Below, in pieces: positions 50,801-60,000 of a DNA stretch of 60,000 bases; within the stretch, counting starts at the first letter, position 1; every line of letters begins with the position of its first letter. The notes beneath the pieces are model-generated. The model saw only the letters and a list, made by a program, of their open reading frames with translations. It was not told the DNA's origin and did no database searches. Source of the DNA: Callorhinchus milii (Eukaryota); NCBI RefSeq assembly GCF_018977255.1, contig NW_024704742.1:37698001-37758000 (forward strand), read 5' to 3'. Both the position numbers and the translations under genes were made by a program.

Positions 50801-53800
50801 CTGCACATGTGATCAGAAGATACAGAGCTGCCAATTCTGAAACAGAAACAATCTAAAAAGGCTTTTGTTTACTGCACGATAGATTATGACCTCAGTTACA
50901 TCTGCAGCTGCATTCAGTAAATACAGTATACACAAACGTGCACAAACAGATCAAAATTTGATGATGAAGGCCGATAGAACACAGAATTCAGAAAGAGCTG
51001 GTAATTTAGACACCTGCTTTCCTCTTGGTCTTCAAATAAACAGTTTAAGAATGAACATCCCAAATTTCTCTGCCAATCTAAAACAATTTGCACTTTATAT
51101 AGTGTGTCTTTCACGCCGAGAGAATGTCTCAAAACTCTTTATAAAGAAAGTGGAAGCCTGAGCTAGGACAGCATTGGGTACTGGGGGTAAGAGGTGGTCA
51201 AAGGTACATTTAAAGATATGTCTCTAGACAAGTTTTGAAAGCAAGAGGGAGGGAACAAGCTGGAGGGATTTCAGAAGAGAGTTCTCGGGAGTAGCAGGAA
51301 AGCAGCTGAAAGTTCATATACAAACAATAGCGGGCAGGGGCGAGTGGAGAGCACGAGACAAGCCAGAGTAGGTGGAGCAGAGGAGGAGTTAAGATGGGGC
51401 AAGACTGTGGAGGCATTTGAACTCAAGGGCAATGAACTTACCAAAGTCAGCTGGGGAATAAGGACCCAGTGGGCTGAGCAAGGATCGGTTTGATGCACTT
51501 GCACAAACTATCATAGGAGAGGACTGCAACATAGAAGAGTTTGGGAGAGAATAAGCAGGGGCGCGGGGAGCGGATGCGAGCTGCAGAGTTCTGGATGATC
51601 TGGAACTAGGGAGACCGACCGGCAGGTACATTGTTGAGGGTGACAGAGGTTGTGGATGAGGATTTTCGCTGCATTGGGGGAAAAGGCAGAGGCAGGTAAT
51701 GTTATGGAGATGGAAGAAAGTGGATTTGGTCAAAGCCGGGATGAAAAGGCTTAAAGGAGTAAGTCAAGGTTGAATAAAATGCCAAGGTTCCACACAGGCT
51801 CTGTGAATTGAAATGAGCCACATATAGCCAGTGTCTGAGATGTGGAAGCATTGGCAAGATCCAACGATGATAAACACAAGCGATAGAAAATGAGGTAACT
51901 AAGAGTGCTTAAACTAATATTATTGCTGTCACCAAGGATCAATATGAATTCCTAAGATAACTATTCAAGGTCCACCCTTTGGTTTATAGGAGGGGGAAAT
52001 CTTAATAACAAAGGTCCACAAAAAGTCAGGTTTTAAAATTCATTTATAACTTCCATTCCAAATCTTATGTGGAATCCTGTAGGGTAGTGGTTAGTGCACT
52101 TGACTCGCAAGCAAGAGGAGCAGGTTTAATTCCAGGGCAGGGGGAAACCTTAGGCAAGTTTCCTTACCTTACTTATTATTATATTATTATAACTCCACAT
52201 GCCTCTGTTTAACTAGCAGGAAGCAAGAAATGGGTTGTTAGTCAATTGGTGGATCGCTTTCTGTGGGTAATAATCACTCCAAAAAAGGAAAAATAAAATT
52301 GGTCTCTCAAACCACTATTATTATTGTTGCAGCACAACAGGAACATGTTGTAAAAATTCTCTACTTTTGAGTCAATAACTTTATATTTCACACAAAACTG
52401 GATTTTACTTCAAAATAATGAAGTACCAAACATCTGTAAAATCCGTCAGAAAGTTGACCGCAAAACAGGTTTTCTCAATGTTTCTCCCCCTCCCTCGCAA
52501 TATTTAAAGGCAATTTGTTAACAGTTGTGGCAATCTCAGAATGGAAGTCTCAATTAGCATGTCAGAAAATTAACCCATCTGACTATCACCTTTAATAAAA
52601 AAAAATGAATGTGGGGGAGAAGTGTTTGCAGGTTAGAGTTATCTGCGTGGAGCGATTTAAAAAAATGTGGTCACTCAATCCACGACTGTTTATGGGACAC
52701 TGCTGTGAGCAATTGGCTGCCGTGCGTCACCCATAAAATGCAGTCAATTCACTTTACTATATATTCTGGAAGCGCTTTGAGACGAATAAATGACGCGATA
52801 AGGCACTATATTAAATGCAAGGGTTATTATTATGTTGCATCTATAGCACATAATAATAATAATAATCCTTGCATTTGATATAGCGTTTTTCACGTCGGAA
52901 GGACGTCCCAAAGCGCTTCACAGAACACACTGTAAAGTGAATTGACTGTAAATTTGTGGGCGAACGCGGCAGCCAATTGGGCACAGCAATGTCCCACAAA
53001 CAGTCGTTGATTGAAAATGCCAATTTTATTATTGTTTTTGGAGGGATTATTATTAGGTGTGTGGAGTAAGGAAACTTGCCCAAGGTTTCGCCCTCTGCCT
53101 AGAATTGAACTCAGGTCTCTCGCTTGCAAAGCGAGTGCTCTAACCACTGAGCTACAGAACTCCACATGTAACTATGGGTCATGTTGTAACTACATCACAA
53201 AGAACTATAGGACATGTTGCAACTATAACGCAAGGAACGTAACCACAGCACATATTGTGACCTGTAGATCAACAGCTCAGCCCAACAGCTCCTGGTGGCC
53301 AGCACACACTTAGGACAGTGGGAAGAATCATCCATTCTGCTATCCAGCATTGTTTCTCTTCACAGCCCCCACCCCCCCAAAAAAAAGCAGGATGAAGGCC
53401 CGCTTCACGGAGTTGTGTAAAACATTTGTAATTTTTTTTAAAAATCTTCAAGAAGTACCTATTGTTTGTTGTGCATTCTTGATAATCACATAGATAAGCA
53501 AACTAGTCAAAATGTATCATGAGGGCTTGTGATCACAATTCCAACTGAATATTTCATGACGAAACATGAATCACAGCAGTTCCATAACTTTGGCACAGAC
53601 CCAAGTCCAATTTCCTCAAATTTGTAATAATAATTGATTAATCAAAATCAAATCTAATTCTGGCTACAATGTGTCTAATGAATATCCTCACATGTACATT
53701 GATCAAGGAATTCCAATTCAGATATTCTGACGCTGTTTATTCTTTTTGAAAAATGTTTCAAAGTGTTAACACACTAACATGTGGAACAAAAGTAGTTTTT

Positions 53801-56238
53801 ATTCCCCAAAAGAGAATCAAACTGTCCAAGAGTTCTTACTAGGAAACACCCTGGCACAGGTCCTTCTCAAATTGCACAGCTGAGAAGTTAATCAAGTTCA
53901 ATGGAAGAAATAACTCATTTGTACAGGAGAACATCAGCACAACATTCAACTTGTCACCTGGCATTCACCCCAGCAGCACTTCTGTCAATCGGGTGAATTA
54001 TTTTATTCGAATTAGAAGTTGAGCGTCGATCTACAAACTTAGTTTCGCAACAGGTTTTGGCATCTCACATCACTGAGTTTCTGGTGCTTGCCTCCCGACA
54101 TGTGAAAGGCGCTCTATAAATGCAATCTTCTTGTTGTTGCCTGACAGGATGTGAATGAGTCCAGATCCATACAATGTAGCATTTTCACGTTGATCATATT
54201 TTTGTCAACATATTGATTCGTTTTGTATTTTAACAGTTGCACAACATAAATAAAGGGCTCCTTAAAATGCATGGGATTTCATTGGCATATTTAAAGATCA
54301 GCCGATACAATTATAAAATATTTGGTGGTTTACAATTAAAAAAAAGCGTAAAGCAAACTGACCGCATCCTTCAAAAACACAAAGTACTATGTGTTTTTGG
54401 AAGATGTGGTCATAGTTTGCATTGTTTTATCGTTTGCAATTCACAAAACACTGGCAGAATTGTTTATTTTGGATTTTAAAAAGAAAATATACAGCAGTAA
54501 ATATACCTTGGGTATGGGCATAATTTTATGTTAGCAGGCAGAGCAGCCACAAGGCAAATCACATTCGCTTTGTGATGGCATTAACACTGAGTTAATACGA
54601 TTATGAGCAGGGGGAAAAAAAATAAAAACACCATTCTTCTACAAAAGAGGCCTGCAATACCAAGTTTTAAGTGGGTCTATGTTGCTCTACGCTTATTCTG
54701 GAGCATTTCTTTTCTCTTCAGCAGGTTATTTTTCCTCCATTACCCCGAATCACAGTGTGAAATTGCAAATAAGCTTCCCAACCTCAGTCAATGGGGCATA
54801 GCTCTGTGCTCGCATCAGGTGGTAAATCACTCTCTGTTTTTTGCCTCCTTCACTTGGAGTGGGGAATAATCAGCTTAGTGCTCACTCACAAAGACACAGC
54901 AGCTGAATCATTGCACATGGAATCACAAGATGCAAATCCTCACACGTGAACCATGAGCCAATTTTTACGACTACCATCAGCACTGCTCATTGAAAACAGG
55001 CCATTTTAACTTTTGGCCTATTGCAGATTTCTACTCTGTAGTCCAATACACTGTCAATATTTCCACATACCAATGACATCCAGTGACTTTAAAAAATACA
55101 AAGAATTATAAAATTGGGGATCAAATTACGTTGAACCACTCCAAACAGAATGTTGGACTGTGAAGACACCACCAGCGCTCTGGGACGCGACTGCTCGTGA
55201 GGGGCACTATAATCAATGCAAATTGTTGTTATCCATTCCTAGTTGATAGAATAAGATAGCAACTGCTTGGAATCCACTCAGTCGACTGCAAACTTACCGA
55301 GCCAACAATGTGTGTGAGAGAGAGCAGCTGCTGTACTGTACAATCAATGACAAACGTAAGTCAGTCCAGAATATTTGTAAGGGATCAAAAGGGGTCACTC
55401 ATACAAACTCCGCGCTGAACCTTTCACAGCAAATGATATTTCCACGGCTGTTTGTGGGCACTGCTGCGTGTGTGATCGGCTGCCATTTTTACACTCGCAA
55501 AATACACAAGTCAATCCACTTCACAGTATATTCTTTGAGACACCTCAACGACACCATAAAGCGCTGTATCAAATACAAGGATTATCATTATTCTTAATGA
55601 TTATTTCCACCCTCTTGGTGCCCAGCCTTTGGAGTAGAGAATGCTCCAACACTGTCAAAAAAAAACATGCCTCTCTTTTGTTTCTTGTTTTAAAAAAAAG
55701 AGGAGCTTTTAGATGTAAAGTGCTGGGAGCTGCCGACCTAACTCACCGACCTAACCAAACCAAACCAAACCAGCTAAACTTAAAAGAGTTGCAATAGCTG
55801 CTTTGAGGTTTTGCAACCCAGACAGCTGAGGCCAGGCTCTGCACACTCACACCCCGAGGCTGAGAGCGAGCAAAACAAGTCAGTGTGTGTGTGCAGTGTC
55901 GTGTGTGTAGTGTTCTGTGAGTGTGTGTGTGTGTGAAACAGGCAACGACACATGCATTTAAATTAACATTTAACACAAATGCAACTGCGTCCTGCGCTCT
56001 TGCATTTCCTCCCCCGCCCTTTGGTTGTTGGTGCAAAGCGCAACGTTGTCCGCAGCCTCTCCAGGGGCAGCTCTGGGGGTGTGTGTGTGTGTGTGTCTCT
56101 CTCTCTCTCTCTCACCTTCTTGACGGTGCTGTTGATCAGCTCCGTGAAGACGTTGGAGACGAGGAGAGCGATGCTGACGATCAGGAGGGCAACGCACACG
56201 ATGCCGCTCGTGTAGGTGACCCCCGAGCGGAGCCCCAT
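26849..56238 (-). CDS. SCARB2: SCARB2 / LIMP-2 (lysosome membrane protein 2), complete 12-exon CDS, 1470 nt = 489 aa + stop
   Basis: Exons joined by hand: 56116-56238, 50535-50692, 49659-49806, 47631-47822, 46508-46599, 46139-46258, 45306-45484, 42411-42529, 38555-38628, 35370-35421, 33328-33498, 26849-26890. All introns are GT-AG with consistent phases. CD36-family motifs (GPYTYR, ELLWGY, CNMINGTDG, PHFYQAD), two TM helices and a C-terminal ERTPLL dileucine motif typical of LIMP-2. Confidence 0.97.
30700..32930 (-). mobile_element. Decayed R2/NeSL/Utopia-like (RLE-type) non-LTR retrotransposon relic
   Basis: FIQNGYSSSKIHVR..PEPIPLERG/VKQGCPLSPILFNI near 31655-31775, plus further RT-like and C-terminal remnants; many stops and frameshifts; clade assignment by eye. 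Confidence 0.6.
31899..32445 (-). mobile_element. L2 LINE 3' end inserted into an older retroelement
   Basis: LDYANALLVGLP...LHWLPI...GGRAFNHSAPNLWNSIP...FKSHLKT. Confidence 0.9.
33328..33498 (-). CDS. SCARB2: SCARB2 exon 11 (SVLIDDSSASKL...C-terminal TM helix...KPAGVE)
   Basis: 171 nt, ttcttgcag acceptor; GAG|gttggt donor chosen because it is phase 0 and matches exon 12. Confidence 0.9.
34060..34460 (+). mobile_element. Deu-domain SINE (SacSINE1-like)
   Basis: Same head and core as the copy at 13165. Confidence 0.7.
35370..35421 (-). CDS. SCARB2: SCARB2 exon 10 (ETGNVQSLIFPVMYLNE)
   Basis: 52 nt, ttctgcag acceptor, GAG|gtaag donor. Confidence 0.96.
36155..37461. repeat. Interleaved inverted repeats in SCARB2 intron 9
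   Basis: 36190-36272 pairs with 36552-36639; 36409-36551 pairs with 37319-37461. Confidence 0.9.
38555..38628 (-). CDS. SCARB2: SCARB2 exon 9 (LTGILLKVAKRLQINVYIEKIDVF)
   Basis: 74 nt, tttcag acceptor, gtaagt donor. Confidence 0.96.
40590..41700 (+). mobile_element. CR1 LINE fragment split by the L2 insertion
   Basis: KANEASGF..RIEYK / VMLNLYKT.VR.QLKYCM.FWAPHY remnants on either side of the L2. Confidence 0.7.
40660..41335 (-). mobile_element. L2 LINE 3' part nested in a CR1 fragment
   Basis: LQIIQNYAARVL...LHWLPITQRIQFK. Confidence 0.9.
42411..42529 (-). CDS. SCARB2: SCARB2 exon 8 (GAPIILSSPHFYQADQKYIDDIEGMDPNKENHETFLDINP)
   Basis: 119 nt, cag acceptor, gtaagt donor. Confidence 0.96.
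43190..45035 (+). mobile_element. L2 LINE fragment interrupted by a SINE
   Basis: PQGSVLDPLLF, MYADDTQLY, NFLQLNVNKTEVLLIG. Confidence 0.9.
43848..44158 (-). mobile_element. tRNA-derived SINE nested in an L2, with target-site duplication
   Basis: caactcta at 43840-43847 and 44161-44168 flanks the SINE. Confidence 0.92.
45306..45484 (-). CDS. SCARB2: SCARB2 exon 7 (SLYATFEKELDVKGIPAYRF...GVLNVSVCRK)
   Basis: 179 nt, ttttag acceptor, G|gtaac donor. Confidence 0.96.
45769..45827 (-). pseudogene. Degenerate partial duplicate of SCARB2 exon 6
   Basis: caaaccag|G TCA TTA GAT TTC TGG CAG ACC GAT ATG TGT AAC GTG ATC AAT = SLDFWQTDMCNVIN vs the real SLDLWLTDQCNMIN. Confidence 0.8.
46139..46258 (-). 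CDS. SCARB2: SCARB2 exon 6 (SLDLWLTDQCNMINGTDGTSFHP...SDLCR)
   Basis: 120 nt, aaaccag acceptor, gtaaaa donor. Confidence 0.96.
46508..46599 (-). CDS. SCARB2: SCARB2 exon 5 (MNGTADGDYVILTGEENYMDFAKIIEWSGR)
   Basis: 92 nt, ttttag acceptor, gtaagt donor. Confidence 0.96.
46695..47310 (-). mobile_element. L2 tail plus older L2 3' fragment
   Basis: Degenerate similarity to the other L2 3' ends in the window. Confidence 0.6.
47631..47822 (-). CDS. SCARB2: SCARB2 exon 4 (TVMDMAQYS...ELLWGYQDP...FGLFYK)
   Basis: 192 nt, AAG|gtaaa donor, ELLWGY motif. Confidence 0.96.
49659..49806 (-). CDS. SCARB2: SCARB2 exon 3 (EYRQKEDVTFAENGSAVSALTPKTYVF...VNIPAV)
   Basis: 148 nt, tttcag acceptor, GTG|gtatg donor. 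Confidence 0.96.
49860..50290 (+). mobile_element. CR1 LINE 3' fragment
   Basis: LKLW.ALV remnant and gacttgatgggtcgaatg tail. Confidence 0.5.
50535..50692 (-). CDS. SCARB2: SCARB2 exon 2 (EFQLRNGTEAFKAWKNPPPPVYMQFYFFNVSNP...GPYTYR)
   Basis: 158 nt, ttttacag acceptor, AG|gtaat donor, clear homology to LIMP-2. Confidence 0.97.
51085..51810 (-). mobile_element. Older L2 LINE 3' fragment
   Basis: TKSTFFHLHNI, AFKTCLETYL motifs. Confidence 0.7.
52076..52320 (+). mobile_element. tRNA-derived SINE, 5' part (diverged)
   Basis: cctgtagggtagtggttagtgcac head, ggcaagtttccttac. Confidence 0.7.
52665..53160. mobile_element. Tail-to-tail SINE pair (+ 3' half 52665-52832; full-length - copy 52851-53160)
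   Basis: Two opposite-orientation copies of the same family about 20 bp apart. Confidence 0.85.
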
Positions 56239-56480
56239 CGCGACCTCTCTCCGCCACAGCCACAGCCCTCACTGCGCACCGCCAGCAATACCCCACACAG
56301 CCACTGGGAGCGCTGGGACCGCGGCACCAATCAGCACTCACTGACTGAGGGCACAACTCACACCACTCACTCACTCACTCTGTGTCTGTCTGTCTCTCAC
56401 TCACTCACTGACACACACAGAGCCCCACAGCGCACAATATACACACAGACAGTCAGTGGGCAGTGAGGGGCAGAGCACCA
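55980..56480 (-). promoter_or_regulatory. CpG-rich SCARB2 5' UTR / promoter region
   Basis: CpG enrichment around exon 1. Confidence 0.55.
56116..56238 (-). CDS. SCARB2: SCARB2 exon 1 (MGLRSGVTYTSGIVCVALLIVSIALLVSNVFTELINSTVKK; N-terminal TM anchor)
   Basis: ATG at 56238, donor AAG|gtgag, CpG-rich context. Confidence 0.95.
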
Positions 56481-56484
56481 ACCA

Positions 56485-59400
56485 CCTCACACTGTGAGCA
56501 CACACCACACTCACACTCACTGATACACACTCACACACTCACACACCACACTCACACTCACACACCACCTCACACACACTCACACACACTCACACACCAC
56601 ACTCACACTCACACTCACTCACACTCACACACACTCACACACACTCACACACCACCTCTCACACACTCACACACACTCACACACACACTCACACACTCAC
56701 ACACCACCTCACACTCACTCACACACTCACACACACTCACACACCACACTCACACACTCACACACACACTCACACTCACTGATACACACTCACACACACT
56801 CACACACCACACACCACACTCACACACTGATACACACTCACACACCACACTCACACACTGATACACACTCACACACCACACTCACACTCACACACCACAC
56901 TCACACACACTCACACACTCACACACACCACACTCACACTCACTGATACACACTCACACACTCACACACCACACTCACACACACTCACACACCACACACC
57001 ACACTCACACTCACTGATACACACTCACACACTCACACACCACACTCACACACCACACTCACACACACTCACACACCACACACCACACTCACACACTCAC
57101 TGATACACACTCACACACACTCACACACTCACACACCACACTCACACACTGATACACACTCACACACCACACTCACACACTGATACACACTCACACACCA
57201 CACTCACACTCACTGATACACACTCACACACACTCACACACCACACACCACACTCACACACTGATACACACTCACACACCACACTCACTGATACACACTC
57301 ACACACACTCACACACTCACACACCACACTCACACACTCACTGATACACACTCACACACACTGATACACACTCACACACCACACTCACACACACTCACAC
57401 ACTGATACACACTCACACACCACACACACACACACTGATACACACTCACACACACTCACACACACCACACACACACACACCACACACTCACACACACTCA
57501 CACACACACACACTCACACACCACACTCACACACTCACTGATACACACTCACACACACTCACACACTCACACACCACACTCACACACTCACTGATACACA
57601 CTCACACACTCACTGATACACACTCACACACACTGATACACACTCACACACCACACTCACACACACTCACACACCACACTCACACACTGATACACACTCA
57701 CACACCACACACACACACTGATACACACTCACACACACTCACACACCACACTCACACACACTGATACACACTCACACACTCACTGATACACACTCACACA
57801 CCACACACACACACCACACTCACACTCACTGATACACACTCACACACCACACTCACACACTCACTGATACACACTCACACACACTGATACACACTCACAC
57901 ACCACACTCACACACACTGATACACACTCACACACACTGATACACACTCACACACCACACTCACACACTCACTGATACACACTCACACACCACACTCACA
58001 CTCACTGACACACACTCACACACCACACTCACACTCATTGATACACACTCACACACCACACTCACACACACTCACTGATACACACTCACACACCACACTC
58101 ACACACACTCACACACCACACTCACACACACTCACACACCACACTCACACTCACTGATACACACTCACACACCACACTCACACTCACTGATACACACTCA
58201 CACTCACTGATACACACTCACACACCACACTCACACACTCACTGATACACACTCACACACCACACTCACACTCACTGATACACACTCACACACCACACTC
58301 ACACACTCACTGATACACACTCACACACCACACTCACACACACACTGATACACTCACTCACACACACTCACTGATACACACTCACACACCACACTCACAC
58401 ACACTCACTGATACACACTCACACACCACACTCACACACACACTCACACACACACTCACACACACTCACACACTGATACACACCACACTCACACACACTC
58501 ACTGACACACACTCACACACCACACACACACACTCACTGATACACACACCACACACACACACTCACTGATACACACTCACACACCACACTCACACACACT
58601 CACTGATACACACCCACACACCACACACACACACTCACTGATACACACTCACACAGTCACACACACTCACTGATACACACTCACACACCACACTCACACA
58701 CACTCACTGATACACACTCACACACCGCACTCACACACACTCACTGATACACACTCACACACCACACTCACACACTCACTGATACAAACTCACACACCAC
58801 ACTCACACTCACTGATACACACTCACACACCACACTCACACACTCACACACCACACACACACACTCACTGATACACACACACCACACACACACACTCACT
58901 GATACACACACACCACACTCACACACTCACTGATACAAACTCACACTCACACACTCACACACTCACTGATGCACACTCACACACCACACTCACTGATGCA
59001 CACTCACACACCACACTCACACACTGATACACACTCACACACCACACTCACACACTCACACACCACACACACACACTCACTGATACACACACACCACACA
59101 CACACACACTCACTGATACACACACACCACACTCACACACTCACTGATACAAACTCACAAACCACACTCACACTCACTGATACACACTCACACACCACAC
59201 TCACACACTCACACACCACACACACACACACTCACTGATACACACACACCACACTCACACACTCACTGATACAAACTCACACTCACACACTCACACACTC
59301 ACTGATACACACTCACACACCACACTCACTGGTACACACTCACACACCACACTCACACACTGATACACACTCACACACCACACTCACACTCACTGATACA

Positions 59401-60000
59401 CACTCACACACTGATACACACTCACACACCACACTCACTGATACACACTCACACACCACACTCACTGATACACACTCACACACCACACACACACTCACTG
59501 ATACACACCACACTCACACACATTCACACACCACATTCACACACCACACTCACACACCACACTCACTGATACACACTCACACACACTCACTGATACACAC
59601 TCACATACCACACTCACACACACACTGATACACACTCACACACTGATACACACTCACACACTGATGCACACTCACACACACTCACACCACACTCACACAC
59701 TCACTGATACACACTCACAACCACACTCACACACACTCACTGATACACACTCACACACCACACTCACACACTGATACACACTCACACACACACACTGACA
59801 CACACTCACACACCACACACACACACTCACTGATACACACTCACACACCACACTCACAAACACACTGATACACACTCACACGCACTCACACACACTCACT
59901 GATACACACTCACACACCACACACACACACTCACACACCACACTCACACACCACACTCACACACCACACTCACACACACTCACTGATACACACTCACACA
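56485..60000 (+). repeat. CA-rich complex tandem array (CACACT / CACAC / CACTGATACA units) upstream of SCARB2
   Basis: More than 3.5 kb, directly visible, runs off the window end. Confidence 0.97.

Noticed and set aside
56463..59875. His/Thr-rich and Cys/Val-rich ORFs
   Set aside because: Translation artefacts of the CA-rich array.
1..60000. CRISPR arrays or prokaryotic systems
   Set aside because: Intron-rich vertebrate DNA; the tandem arrays have no unique spacers.

Overview
Vertebrate genomic DNA. The repeat landscape (L2/CR1 LINEs, tRNA-derived and Deu-domain SINEs) points to a cartilaginous fish, probably a holocephalan. I could reconstruct three spliced genes by hand. (1) A complete 12-exon SCARB2/LIMP-2 gene on the minus strand (CDS 56238..26849, 489 aa) ending in an ERTPLL dileucine lysosomal signal. 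(2) The first two exons of NUP54 on the minus strand (10489..1665); the rest lies off the left edge. (3) Between them, a 3-exon plus-strand gene absent from the ORF track (20715..24682) encoding an 85-aa LEAP2-family prepropeptide with a LEAP-2C-like N-terminus and an unusually long Cys3-Cys4 loop. Its position suggests an ohnolog of mammalian LEAP2 that mammals lost. Other notable items: a candidate SCARB2 microexon that would remove the lysosomal signal, a degenerate duplicate of SCARB2 exon 6, an old R2/NeSL/Utopia-like retrotransposon relic, an unclassified coding-derived repeat in five copies, interleaved inverted repeats, a foldback MITE, an intronic CpG-rich patch and two large strand-skewed tandem arrays next to the gene 5' ends. 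Nearly all long ORFs in the track are repeat artefacts. Repeat boundaries are approximate.
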